From: Octopus sinensis
Lineage: Eukaryota
Direction of reading: 5' to 3'
NCBI RefSeq assembly: GCF_006345805.1
Contig: NC_043004.1
Span: 31,930,001 to 31,994,000 of the forward strand
DNA length: 64,000 nucleotides
Part shown: positions 50,386-64,000 of the stretch, one piece after another
Layout of the letters: each line of letters starts with the position of its first letter
How positions within the stretch are numbered: the first letter of the stretch is position 1
Notes under the pieces: model-generated
The model's input: the letters and a program-made list of their open reading frames with translations, nothing else
Database searches by the model: none
Told to the model about the DNA's origin: nothing
Made by a program: the position numbers and the translations under genes

Positions 50386-52495
50386 TAAAATAAACTTTAT
50401 GGATGTACAAGTCTCCATATTTTTTCTTATTATTAATATATACTCCAGACAATTTATACTGCCCAGCAAAGAGTACACGGAATTACCCATCAGAAGAATT
50501 CACAGAGTGACTAATAACTAATTGTAGTCACAGACATTGAATATTGATCGTTGTGGTTAACTTGAACTTAACTGAGAGCTAATACAATATCCACCCAGAT
50601 AATATATCCCTCCAAACTCATATATATGTATATATAATATTATAATGTGTGTGTTTGTCTCCCACTATCACTTGACAACCAGTGATGGTGTGTTTACATC
50701 TCCATAACTTAATGGTTCAGGAAAAGAGACCAAAAGTGCCAGGTTTAAAAAACTAAAATTCTGCAGGGCAGTGTCCCAACATTGTCGCAGTTTAATGACT
50801 GAAACAAGTCAAAGATAAAAGAAGATACATGAATGACTTATTAAAATCATATATAAAGATGGTACTGTTAGGATGTGACTCTGTTGTAAATTCAGTGAAT
50901 AATTATTATTGTTTAACCCAAGGAAAACCCAACTGGGCAGATTTATGATCAAAAGTGTTCCAAACCGGTCCATTATGTCTTTTTCTGTTTTTTTATAGGT
51001 ACAGTTTATTTAGGATTTCATCAATGTGTGTCTTTTTTTTTTTTTATTTTAAAGATAGTAGGGTGTAATTTGATGCTATTTCTAGATCAACTGAATGGTA
51101 TAGTCTCTCTTGTTGACTTTATTTCATCATTAGTTAAATATATCTGAGCAAGATGGTGACTGGGCTGATCTATTAGTGTACCATTTTTGAGCTAGAAAGA
51201 AACGAGATCTATCTCTTTCACAATATCTATATTTAGCTTATAACACTCGTCTTCCTTTTGCATCTGATGAAAATGGTTTTTTTTTATATATATATATCAT
51301 TAATATAGAAGCATCAGCTGTCTCAGTCTCCAAGGGTTTAATTAAAAACTAGATTTTCTTTTATTTTTCCATATTTTAATCTTTCTCATTTTCATTTCAG
51401 AATTCCTTTGGGAGTTTGTAAATATTTTTACAGTTGTTATCTCCTAGGTGTTTCAGGTTCATCAAAAGTTTCAGTATAGAATAACAGTTGTTAGTGTGTG
51501 CTCTATTTATATACTGTTTATTAGCTATTGCCTATTGTAATGAGTGGTGTGTAAAACTGGTTCCACCCCTTATGTAAAGCATCCAACTGTAAAAAAAAAA
51601 AAATCGTCCAAATAAATATGGCCATTTTACATCTATTTTTCTATGATTTCATGGTTGAAATGATTTATTAAATTGTTTTTACAGTCAGATACTTTTCCTA
51701 TCACTTAGTATTCAAGTACAAAGTAGAACTTTTTTCCCTTCGTTCAAATAGAGAAAAAAAAAAGATACCTTATTCACACACTGTGTAGCAAGAAAGCGAT
51801 GAAAACATGGCTGTGTGGTCAGTAGACCAGCATCATTTAGTTAAACATCAACACTATTTTTATCCCTTTAGTATTTAAACCAGACATATCAGGCCCTAAT
51901 AATTTACCTATTTTATATACAAACTGGCCATATCAGGCCTTTCACACCTACTCTACTTCATTTTAAAAATAAACAGCCACATCATCAAAATCTCCAGATT
52001 ACAAGATAATGCATGATTAATTCCAAAAATTTGTTAATGAATAAACATTACATCTGACAGAATAATCTGAAAACTAAAGGGTTGATCCCTTGCCATATTT
52101 CTGTTGAAATACTCTACCTTTGTTTCAATTAAAGTGTTCATTATTTTCAAAATTAATAAAATAACTGTACTTATTGAGCTAGTGTTTGGAACATGAGGTA
52201 ACATAATTTTGATGTGTGGTTTTAATTTTGATCACTTTAAAACAGATAATTTGTTTTGGAACCAGAGGCAGTCTCAGGTAGGTTTGGAAAGGGTTAAATC
52301 TGAAGGACATATGGAAAACGAACTTCACAGGTGATTGCTTGCATCTACATTTTGTTTAAATCCCAGATTAATCATCATAGTGTGTGTGTAATGTTTGTAT
52401 GTATGTATGTATGTACGTATGTATGTATATGTAATTTTATGCATACCTCTTTGATCTCAGTATAATGTGTATTTTTTCTCAAACTCTTGTTTCAG

Positions 52496-52655
52496 AATCA
52501 GACAATACCTTCTCACGCAAACATCCTGTATGCTGTTGGTTGTCTTGTATGCTGACCTGTTTCGCTGGGAGCATTCTTGCTAACTTGTTACTTGGAGAAG
52601 CCTGCTTGATACCATTTAAAAACCACACAGATATTCTAACAGCCACAGCAGTATG
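52496..52655 (+). CDS. TMEM38: TRIC channel, coding exon 2
   Basis: Acceptor ctcttgtttcag|, donor |gtaaat, 160 nt; (E)SDNTFSRKHPVCCWLSCMLTCFAGSILANLLLGEACLIPFKNHTDILTATAV(W), with the SRKHP..W motif. Confidence 0.95.
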
Positions 52656-55339
52656 GTAAATGGAAATTTTGTTTACTTCTCAGCAGCATGTGGAGTGGTG
52701 AGCAGTGGTTGGGGTGTCAGGTCTTTACTGTATAGCTGTAATGATTTAGAGTCAGAGAGGGACTACATGTAGCTTGTTGGAACAATCTTTAAAAATCTCA
52801 CTGCTTCCCTTTTATAATTTTGATTCTTTCTCTTCTCTATTTTTCTTATAACATAACCTCCTATTTATATTTTCCATCCCTCCTTAACAAGACGGTTTTA
52901 CATATCTACATCATCATTGTTTTAATGTTTACTTTTCCATGCTTGCATGGGTCAAATAGAATTTGTTGAGGCAGATTTTCTGTAGCCAAATGCCTTTCTG
53001 TTGCCAACTCTCACCTGTTTCCTAACGAGATATTTTTATGGAATATTGAAAACAAAGAACACCTTGTGTGGCAGTGACTCTCATTCACAACAATCGTACA
53101 CTGTCAAGACAAGGAAAACACACACATACACTCTCTCTCTCTCTCCCTCCCCCCCTTTCTTTCAAATCCACTCATAAGGCTTTTAGATGACATGGGGCTA
53201 TTGTAAATATTTATTTAAGGTGTCACGCAATGGAACTGAACTTGAAAACATGTGATTATGAAGTGAATTTCTTATCCACACAACCCTGTCTGCAGCTAAA
53301 ACTACCTTCATTCATAACCACCTCTTTTTCTAACTACCCTTCACATATATTACTGTTCATTAACACACCATAAAAAGGAATTAGCTGAGCATAGGAAAAG
53401 ATCTAGAGCTGTTTGTCTGTGTTAGTGAAATTTGGGGATGTATGACTGCATTTTAGACTAGTATATGGTGGGGTTAAGTTACATAAGATGTAAATAAACT
53501 TAGCAAATCCAAGCTAAGGTCCCAGTTTCAGTTTGGCTCTTCTAGTTCTTACAATTTCTGGTAGCTTCTACTTTTGTCTTCACCAGATATACTGTTACAT
53601 TCCTCTGGATCATGAAAAGGGCAGCCAACAAGGTTATTTAAGCATCAAACAACACTGGTTGTTCTAGAAAAAAATTTCTAAAACTTTTACATAAATAAAA
53701 TTTAACTTATAAGAATGTTGATCTTACTGAGAGCAAACTAAAACAAACACAACAAAAAATAAATCCTGCTAAATATAACTAACAGAGAGCTACACTGAGT
53801 CCATTGTTTCTGACAACAATTCTTAGTCAAGTTAAACATTTCTATTGATAAGGTTTCATTAATAATTGAAAATGAATTTGAGAAGTTACAAACCTGCAAA
53901 CCAGTTTAAAGTCTACCATCATGTTACAGCTGTCAACATGAAGTTCTAGAACCTCAGTTCAGTGTCATGGTAACAAGGGCAGGTGCTCCCAGACACAGGT
54001 TGTGAAAGCATGTAAAACTTCTTGTTACAGTGTGGTGGGGATGGGGTAGTGCAAAAATTGCCATGGTCCAAGGTACTGAGGACCCTTAACTATACCACTG
54101 TCTTGATCTTACTGGTCTGTGAGGAACTAGAAAGGTTATGGGCACAGCCCTTTTCTCCTATATCAAGCTATTAAAAAATAATGTATGGCAGGAAATCCTG
54201 GAGTCTTCGCACCAGCATATTAACTTTACATTTGTGTTTCCTTTCCCAAATCCTTAGAATCTCTGGGAGAGAAAAATCAACTAACAGTTAATTATTTTGC
54301 TGCAATATCTCATCTGTACAGAACTTGTTGAAGCAGTTGGTTTGGATATGTCTGCTTTATGAATGATTCAAGCATCCTTAAGCATTAATATTTTTAGCGA
54401 AATTTCCACTAGAAAAGCTTTTATTATTGCTTTACATTCAGCAATTTTTTTTAAAAAAGTCTGCCAGAAATGAAGATTGGCCTGAAAAGGTGAACAGATG
54501 CTTGGAACATAGTGATCATAGGTCATCTTGTTCTAGGCAGACTTGGATCTAACAACAACTACATTACAAAGAAAGAAAGAAGAACAAAAGATGATATTTA
54601 TTAAATTGATAGACAAATAGAGAAAAAACACTGGCCTACAGACTCCTGAAATATTTTCTATTTCTACAAAAATATTGTCTATTTCTAAGAGACGTAACGG
54701 GTGTGAAATTAAGATGTTGGATTATTGACCACATTTTCTAGAGTTCAAAACTTACAGCAGCCATTCAGTTAGCTCTCTAAGCTTGGCACGTTCCTCTATA
54801 AACTCCAGTTTGCCCTGACTGACAAAAATCTGGTTCTTCTGCTTCACAGTTGAGTGTGGTTAGTAGTAACAATAGCATCCAGTTGTGTAAACAATTGCTT
54901 CAACAACAAAAAGAACCCATTTCATCTATGATTACTTGAAACATAAGATATTAACAATAAAACCCAGAGGGAGTACAACACATACACACGCACACACATA
55001 TTATTTACCATTCACCTCTGTACAACACTGACTTCTGCCATATAGTGTTATCACAAAACAAGTAATCAAAGAAATCAGCTGGTTGAAATTGAAGGCATTG
55101 TTTGTAGTGTGTATGTGTATGTGCACATAGGTGGGAGGGTGAGTTATGAGAAATACACTTGAACTTAGCACATAGTTATGATAAAAACCATAACTGTGAT
55201 GGGAGTGGGGGGAGGGGTAGCATTGTTAACTCACAACAGGTATTCATTAAGCAAGAGATGTTCTACTACACATTAGTAGGTACTTTACCTATAATATCAC
55301 TATGTAACTTTGTACCTACTCTGCACAAATATTGTTTAT

Positions 55340-55680
55340 ACCTGTATTCGTGGCATTGCTTAGTCTATCGGCAACCTTGCTATATGGTTGTACCTGGTCT
55401 GTCTGTCATGTTTCTTGGTTGTGCTTAGTTTGTGGTTGTAAAATAGCTACACAGTTGTACGTAGTGTCTGTGACTTGCTACATATGGGTGCTTTGCCTGT
55501 GACATCCTTGTACCTAGTGTACCTCTGATATCATTACATGTGCCTGTACCTATATTTGTGACATTGCTACATGATTGTATCTAGTTTGTCTGTTGTAACA
55601 TAGCTACACAATTTTACCTTGTGTGTCTATGATATTGCTACCTGGTTGTACCAGGTTTGCCTGTTACATAATTACACATC
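55340..55680. repeat. Degenerate minisatellite
   Basis: Recurring GCTACA...TTGTACCT.G..TGTCTGT motifs at irregular spacing. Confidence 0.45.
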
Positions 55681-58600
55681 TATCTCTTAAAATTTATTAC
55701 TCTATTGCCACCCATCACTATCACCTTTATCTTATCAATTTGCCTTTTTCCACCATACACTTGCTCTTTTCACCCACCCACCTTTACCTTTGGCCCCTCT
55801 ACTTTTGCTGATCATTCTCCTGACACCACCCTTACATATCCCTACCTTCTTCCCATCATACTCTTCTTCCTTTGATCTTCCCACTCATTCTTCTGATCCT
55901 TCTGATATCATTGATCTCTGTCTCTCTCTCTCTCTCTCTTCCTCACAAATATCCATTTCTGACCTTTCTGTTGTCTTTGTACCCTACTGTTTACACAATA
56001 GTGGTTAACTGTATGAACAGAGAAAATGGGGTTATGAGATTCCCCTTGTCTTGTCCGGGGGCTATTCAGTGTTGGTACCACAAGAAAATAAAAGCCTGCA
56101 ATACATTCTGTAAAATGGTTGGCATCAAAGGCTTCCAGCTGTAGAACCAAGCCATATGACTTGTATGAGCAGTGATACTTTGGAGGCTGTAGTTATGTGA
56201 CTCACTGTGATAACCCACCCAACCCATGCCAGCATGGAAAGCAGATGTAAAATGATGATATAGTTAATACTTACTTGTAAGAGTTGTTCAGGTATTCTGT
56301 TCTGTTAATATTAAATGTTATCTAATTTGGGTTACCATGTCCAAGGGTTGATAGATTTTTTTTTCTGGTATTTATGGTGATTGTCAGTTAGGTCAAGTTG
56401 TTTCCAATACGTGGATCATGGTTCTATATGACACTAAATCAAACGGTTCCCTGCAGCTTTCTTCTTATCCCCCCCCCCCCGCTAATGTACCTAGATCTCT
56501 GTCACCTTCTCTGACATCTTAATCTTACTGTCAGTCTGTTTATCTATCCTGTTCCTTGTTCAACTATTTCTCTCTCCCACTCTTGCTCTGTTCCCTACCT
56601 CACCTCTACTCTTTTTTACTTTCTCTTCTTATACCTCTTCTCTTATTCTTCTCTCCACACACACACACACACACACACACACGTGTGCAAGCCCCCCCCC
56701 CATCTACCATCTTTGTTATCTGATACCTTTACATTCCAATATGTGTTCGGTAATACTATACTAGTAGCTGCTCTCTAACACATTCCTACAGCTTAGTGGT
56801 GGTTGTGGTGGAGTCAGTGTTGGTAGGTTGATGGTAGCAGCAGCAGTATTGATGTTTGCTGATGTTAGCAGCTTAAAGCAGTACCATACCATTTGGTATT
56901 ATACATTGCTGTACAACATAGAGAGTAACATCATTACTTGATACTGTTCTATAGTGTATGATGTAGTACAATGCTAGTTGGTGGTGTTGTATGCAATATA
57001 GTACAGTACTATGTTCATCTTGATAGAGGGTCAGGGGCCTCAAACACAACCATCATTCCTCACCACATACTACAGTGGTCTTGTGCTATATTCATACGTT
57101 CTACCAAGATTCTCTCTGTCCAGTCTTTGATGTCATTGCTCCATCTATGTCTCTGTCACCTATGAGCTTGTTATCCATGCCTGTAAGGATGTGAGCACAG
57201 AAGTTCTAGCTCTGATAACATGGTCAAGCTACAGCATACATAAGACTGTACTCTTCTGTAGTTTACAATGTAGTACACTACTATTTATGTGGTGCATGAG
57301 TCCACAGAGGTCCTGGCATGCTCACATCACCTGGAGGTGCAAGGTAGCATTTCATGGAGTATGACAGAGTGGGGAAACTATATACTTCATTCAATCATTT
57401 TTCTGAATAGAATTATTAAATTACTCTGAGAAATACCTTTGTTGTTTTAAGCATACAGAGAGCTTTATTATTTCACTGTAGAGTATGCAGTTGAATTTAA
57501 AAAAACAAAATAGTTATTACAAAATCAACTTTTTCATTTTCAAATGTGATACTTTTGGTGGTTTATGAAAATTAATTGAACATTTTCTTGGAGTGTGTGA
57601 CATAGAAAAGGTTTTGAATTGCTGTTGTAGTGTATAGTCTTGAACTGTGTCTGAGTCAAATAATCGTTATACATTGATTCAATTATATCATTGTAAAGTA
57701 TTCTCATTATAAAACCTTAAAAACTCTTAAATTTCTTTTATTCTTTAATAGTGTCTTATACTGTAATGTATCAGAAAGTTATTTTAAACTTCTGTGGCCT
57801 GATTACAAACTCAATTCCACTGTAGGGAAATTGCATTATTGTCTTGGTCACAGAAGTACAGTATATAAACAAACAAGTTATTACCTAATGATATTTGTAT
57901 GTGTTCAACCTTTTCCTTACCATATTTCTGTTGAAGTACGCTGTCTTTATCCCTCCATCCATTCATCTTCTCCGTCCACTATTCCTGAGAGGGCTGGGGT
58001 ATGGGTGGAGTCTGCATGTACCTCCTCTATAGGGTCCTACCAGAAACAACTGTCATTACACTTTCCAACTGGATTCCCAATGTAACCAACTGATTAGACT
58101 ATGGTCATTATCCAACTGCCTCCTTTTTCGTTTATCCCTTGGTCTCCTGCCGGTTGGCTCGGTTTGAAGAATTTATCTTGCAGTTCTTTCCTGTGACATT
58201 CTAATCACATGTATGTATTAGTGGAAAGATAGCAGCTCAGCCTGGAGAGATTTCCTGATCTCCAAGCCATACACCCTGTTGAATAACATTACTCTAGAGT
58301 TGCTTCAGAGGAACCCCATTTTAGCTACCTGTGTTTGCGATTATACGCCTTCAGTCATTATTGAACATTTGTGACCATACACGAGGATAAGTACAAAAAC
58401 TGAACCGAAGATAACGAGTTTGGCTTTTTTACCAATCTCTCCTTTTCTGAGGATTGAATGCTTTGTTTCAATTAATTTTGAGAATATTGAAGAATTTAAT
58501 GAAATAATTGTCTTTTATTAAGCTAGTGTTTGGAGCATAAATTAACACAAATTTTTGATGGAAGGTTTTTAATTTAGATCAATTTATAGTGTAGCTCATG

Positions 58601-58879
58601 TCATAGACCTGGGAGCAGTCACAAGCAGGTTGGTTACCAAAAGGGTTAATAGCTAACATGACTTTATAACAATGTAATTGTTCAGTTTCGACACATAATC
58701 TCAGTTCAAGTCACTTCCTAGCAAGCTATTAAAACTATACTTGCTTCCCAAATATGTAGTTTTGGGTTTCAGTCTATTTGAAATTAATTTTGCCATTACT
58801 ATAATACCCAAATGATATAAACTATGGAGAGCGCAGAAAACCTCACACCATATAAGTGAGTCAATAGAGTGCAATGGTA

Positions 58880-59500
58880 ATAAACAAAGATCTAAAGATG
58901 ATGGTTTTGATGTCCAGAGTTAGAATAATTTTTCATTGTCTTTGTTTCATCCATAGCAATCTGTTGCAAGTCAATAGCATTGGTGGAATGCAAGGCATTA
59001 ACATGAGATAAGCTGTCTGCTGTAGAATTATCAGCACCTTTAAAATAACATATATCCAAAGTAAATTGAAAAATAGAATCAAAGTTCCTGAGATTTCTAG
59101 GAGAGTATCAGTCTAGGAACACAATGCATATGTCGGTGTATATGGCTTATGGTCAGTGTATATGATAAAAATTCACTCTTTTAAGAAATGTCTAAAATAC
59201 TTTACATAAAAAGCAGCCAATAATTTTCTTCCAAAAGAATGGCTAACAGCTTGTAAGGTGGTAGCTGCTGACTTTCATGAATTGCACTAAAATTTGACAG
59301 GCCATATGCTACAAGTTGCTCATGTATTGACTAGGAGACGGTGCTTTGAAATGGTGTCATGGCCAGAAAAAGACGCGACAAACTGATTAGTCCATCCAGA
59401 AATGTGGTCACAATGAAAACATTCCTTGAGGACTGTAATAAAACCTAGAAATTCTCCAACCATATGGTATCTTGAAAACCACAACTGCTCAAGCTAATCT
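58880..59500 (-). mobile_element. Degenerate Ty3/Gypsy pol fragment (RNase H/connection)
   Basis: FRHFLKE*IFIIYTDHKPY ... FTLDICYFKGADNSTADSLS, matching Gypsy TDHKPL and KG.DN..AD.LSR motifs, with stops. Confidence 0.75.
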
Positions 59501-60281
59501 GTTAAAGTTTGGATTTTATCATCAGTCATGACAACTCAGAGTATATTGAAGATACAAAAGTGGGTGAATAAGTTTCCATAATACCATCTGCCATCTCCAC
59601 TAACTGGGTAATTGAACTCTGCTCTCTTAAGCCATTAAAATGGCTTGCACATTTGAATAGAGACACAAAATATAAAAAAAAAGGGGGCTTTTTATAACAT
59701 ATTCCTCAATCTATGTCTTCAACCAAATCCTTCATTATTAATAGTTGAGAAGGTTTTTTTTTTATCTCCTTAAACTTCCTTATAAAGAAGTTAGTGAAAC
59801 CTCTTCTGTTTTGACATAGAGATACATCTTAAAATTTTTGCTTTCATACTTTGGTAAGACATGGAGTCAATGGTTGGTGATTAAATCTTTGACTTCATTG
59901 CTTAGGACAGGAGGTGAAATTCAAACTAAAAGGTGAAACTGGTGCATATTGGAAAATATCTTTTTAGCTGCGAAATTGGCTTCAAGCTGAGAAAACCAGA
60001 TGGAAGAATTTCCAGTACAGGTGGCAAAGCGAAGGATAGAACCACCTGTATTGCTAAACTGTTGCACTCCAATACCAGATCAAAAGCCTATACATCTGGT
60101 TTGTTTGTCTTCAGCTTAAAAATTGCTAACAAGGAAAGGAAATTTAATAGACTAGGAAATTTTTCTCTCTGAAAAAGTAAATTTTTAGATGTTTTAAATT
60201 TTTTTTATTCAATATATGTGTTGCTTGACAAGATTATAATATGTATGTGTGTGTGTATTTATCAACTTTTTTCTATTTCAG

Positions 60282-60466
60282 GTATTTGATATTTTACTCA
60301 CCATTCGACATAGTTTACAAGCTAGTCAAATTTCTACCATTCAAACTGTGCATTGGAACTCTAAAGGAAACTCAGAGAGCTCACAAAGTTTACCATGGTG
60401 TCACCTATACAGCCAAACTCTTCCCACATGCCTACCTACTTATTGTAATAATTGGTACTGTGAAAG
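60282..60466 (+). CDS. TMEM38: TRIC channel, coding exon 3
   Basis: Acceptor ttttctatttcag|, donor |gtgaga, 185 nt; YLIFYSPFDIVYKLVKFLPFKLCIGTLKETQRAHKVYHGVTYTAKLFPHAYLLIVIIGTVK. Confidence 0.95.
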
Positions 60467-61580
60467 GTGAGAAAATATATTCTTTATTATTGTTGAGTGG
60501 GTGGCATTAGTCAAGCCTATGTTAGTAAGGTAGCTAATGCAGAACATACTATGGTGTTTAGTGGTGTGGGTGGAGTCACATAATCTCTCTGAATGAGTAA
60601 GCAAAGTGAATAAAATTGGCTTTATATGTGGTCATCTGTTTGTATCTTGTCACTGGCCATAAGTGTTGAATAAAAGAGTGAACTCTTCTAGCTACAACTA
60701 CACTGAGAGTTCATAACTGATCACTAGAATAGCGAAATACTGAGTATCTGGGTTTCTAAACACAGTATGACGGGTGGTACTTTGAAAAAATTACAGCTTA
60801 GTGCTGGGTCACTAGGTTTGATCTTAACCTTTTTAACAGTAAATTTTCTTCTCCCCCAACTTCTTTAATGGAATGACCAAACACTTTAGCATTCAGGTTA
60901 CTCAATCAAAAGCAATGTTTATTTATTAACATTCTTGATATAATTGGTTTCAGTGTTAGTTAAGAATTCCTTCATTTATTGTAATTTAACCACTATAGCA
61001 ATAGTGGGGAATATGTGTGGTATTGATTGGATAGAGTTTGGTCTGGGGAGTGAGAGAATACTGTTACTTTAACCAAATTTGAGCAGAACTTTCCACCACT
61101 GGCACTTATCTATGTCAAGAATGTCCTGTAGAGTAAATGGGGTATTTTGAAGCTTGTTTTTGCTGGTTCATAGCTAGAAGCCATTACTCCATTATAAGAG
61201 GATTTAAACTCAGCTCTGCACCTTTACGCAAGGACCCCTGCTGCCAACAGTTGTTGGTATTGTAAGGTACCAGTTTTTACTTTCTCAAAGACAGTGTGCT
61301 GTACTATGATATATGAATAATCACCCTTTCAGTTAGCAGCCTAACCTCCTCATGGTTAGATCAATTAAATACTGGTATATCATAAAATTAATAACCACAG
61401 TTGACCACATCAGTAATGGTTTCAAAAGCTTCCTAGATGAGGTGACTTTCTCGACTTTTGTGAAAATTTCTCCTTGATGGATGCCTACTGTAGTATTACA
61501 AGGGCAGATATATTGTACAAATTCGCAAATCTGTGTCATTTTGAGGTAAAAAAAGTTTTTTTTCCCTTTCTATTTTTTAG

Positions 61581-61668
61581 GAGCTGGAAGTGGAATCCTA
61601 AAATCATTTGACAGGTTTATCCGTGGCATTTGGGTCCCAAATAGCAACGAGTTTCTGCAGCCTTCTTT
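61581..61668 (+). CDS. TMEM38: TRIC channel, coding exon 4 (later exons beyond the window)
   Basis: Acceptor ctttctattttttag|, donor |gtgagt, 88 nt; (G)AGSGILKSFDRFIRGIWVPNSNEFLQPS(F), completing the KGAG motif. Confidence 0.95.
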
Positions 61669-63044
61669 GTGAGTATTTTTGTGTTGTTAACTTACATGTA
61701 GAGCAGGATAGGTTGATGTAACCATACTTATAAACAGATTACAACTATGTCTTATATTACCAATTATTCAGAGATTACAATTTAATGTTTATTTCAGCTT
61801 TTGTTATTTTTATCTCTCCAAACACGGTTTCTCCTTCTCTATGGCCATCAGTTTTCCACTCTTTACACTCATCTGCTTCCTCAAGTACACTACATAGTTA
61901 GCTATGTCATGCAGCTATTACGTTTCTATTAACCATAAACTTCCCCATTGGTTGAAACTGCTGTTCTTGACTCTCAGTTGATTAACTTGTTTCCAGTTAT
62001 CTCTTAGTAAGTCTATTTTACAAGATTCATCATCATTGTTTTAATATCCACTTTTCCATGATGGCATAGCTCACAGAATTTGATGAAACAGATTTTCTGT
62101 AGCTAGATGCCCTTTTCACCAACCTTCATCTGTTTCCAAGCAAGGTAATATATCCCTATGATTGGACATGTTATGGAAGATTGAAAACAAATGATGCTCC
62201 ATGTATGACACTTATTTACAACTATCATGCTGTGTCATTCATGCCATGTCAAGACAAGGACACACACATACACAATGAGCTTTGGTCAGCCCAGGGTTAC
62301 AGTAGGAGACATCAAGATACCATGCAGTGGGACTGAACCTGAAACTATGTGGTTGGAAAGCAAACTTCTAAATCACACAACCAGGCTTGCACCTATGATT
62401 TACAGTTACAAGTTTGGAGCATCTGTATATTTATTTTTGAAGAAAGCTTTTTCTTTTTATAGTTGAATATCTCCTTTCTTACAGCTAACTTTTTTAATTG
62501 AAACAGTAGGCAGCTGTTATCAGCTAGGTCAGCTTTCTATAATCAAAAAAGACAAATCCTTTCGCGGTGTAGCTTACAGGGAATTTTCTTGGAGAAAATT
62601 TCCTTCATTGCCTTTATGTAAACATAGAACTCTGTGGAAGTAACATTACTCATTGATTTAGCTCAGTAACTGAAATGTGTTCGTGAATTTTTTTCGAAGG
62701 ATATTGGCGACAAAGTAAATACATTACCTTTAACTGAATATTAAATGTGCAGTGTTCACTTGGTGAGTGCTTAACTCACCAGCAGCAACAAGAAGGGAGA
62801 AGAAACATTCAGTTAAGTATAGTAGCAGGGAACTGGTAGGTTTTTCATGGTCTGCATTTGTATTGATCAAATGGGAATGGTTTACTTCAAAATAATGGAA
62901 ACCAAATTTTCAAGGAGAGTCATTTCTACACTATCTTCTTCAATGAAAAAAATAATAGATATCATTCTGTGCATCACATTTGTCTTCATGATACCCTAAC
63001 ATAAACTTCTTTTCTTCATATACATCAGCGAGTTTTTTAATTAA

Positions 63045-63264
63045 CCCTTTCGTTACTGTATTTCTTTTGAGATGCTCTGTGATTCTTTCAATTACTTTGA
63101 ATATAACAAAGAATTTAGTAAAATAACTTAGTTATCATTAAGCTAGTGTTAGGAACATAAATTGTGACTAAGGTTTGGTGGAAGATTTTAATTCAAAACT
63201 TATGAAAACAAGACAATTGCACTCAGAGCCAGGGCCGGTTTCAGCTGGGTTGGTAATGAAAGGG
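63045..63264. mobile_element. piggyBac-like MITE (TTAA TSD); older copies near 48105, 52080 and 58455
   Basis: TTAA|CCCTTTCGTTAC ... GTAATGAAAGGG|TTAA, 220 bp. Confidence 0.7.
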
Positions 63265-64000
63265 TTAAATATGATTGTTTAATGCTTTTTCTTCATCATT
63301 ACTAATAACTTGTGTAGGTGCAATGTAGCCAAATGGTTAATAAGTCTGCTTCACAATCACAAGGTGTTAGGTTCAGTTCCACTGCATGGCATCTTGGCAA
63401 GTGTCATTTTCTATAGCCTCAAGTTGACTTGTGTTTTGAATCAAAATGGGTAGACAGAAACTGTGTGGAAGCCTGCTGGATATTTTATACCTATGATTCG
63501 AAGGTCCAGTGTTGTCATCATCCTTGTTTAATGTCTATTTTCCATACTGGTGTGAATTGGACAGTTTGACAAGAGCTGACCAGCTGAAGAGCTGTCTGGG
63601 CTCCATGTCTGTTTTGGCATGGTTTCTACTGCTGGATGCCCTTCCTAATGCTAGCCACTTCACAGAGTGTACTAGGTGCTTTTACACTACACAGCACTGG
63701 CATGGGTGCTTTTCACATGGTACCAGCACCCACAAGCCCACAAGATTAGGATCACTCAGCTGAAGAGAGATGTAGGGAACATGCCTATATGCAAGGACAA
63801 CCACTACCTGAGAATTTACATTGAGGGCACATACCTGTGGAATGCTCAATCTTTTAACATCATCTTTTAACATCTGTTTTCCATGCTGGCATACTAATTA
63901 ATGAACAAGTAATTTAACCAATCAATCAATTGAACACTCATGGTCCAAACTTCTGGCTTGGATTAATTTACTTATTGTTCATCAATAATTATTATTGTTA

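Noticed and set aside
61669-64000. Search for TMEM38 exon 5
   Set aside because: No phase-2 exon with TRIC-like sequence found; presumed beyond the window.

Overview
AT-rich, repeat-dense animal genomic DNA. The SINE families and microsatellite style resemble octopus (coleoid cephalopod) sequence; this is pattern recognition, not a database search. Manual splicing supports three protein-coding loci. (1) The last 34 codons of a + strand gene ending in an ER-retrieval-like ...SDEL-stop (1-105). (2) A complete four-exon, 159-aa Tctex-1 (DYNLT-family dynein light chain) domain gene on the - strand (12959 to 2665), of which the ORF track shows only exon 1. (3) Coding exons 1-4 of a TMEM38/TRIC cation-channel gene on the + strand (21024-61668, 3' end outside the window) with a 31.3-kb first intron. 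The rest is tRNA-derived SINEs, LINE and Gypsy relics, Tc1/mariner elements, MITEs, a non-autonomous Helitron and Penelope-like fragments. The most unusual observations are: three hammerhead-ribozyme-like motifs in TMEM38 intron 1, each with a different core deviation; a 660-bp foldback element with GG termini, an 8-bp TSD and a perfect spacer-less central palindrome; a Helitron whose empty site survives in an adjacent duplicate; an inverted pair of promoter-bearing LTR-like elements inside one intron; and an apparent CpG-depletion boundary near 36 kb. No CRISPR array, rRNA or true tRNA gene was seen.
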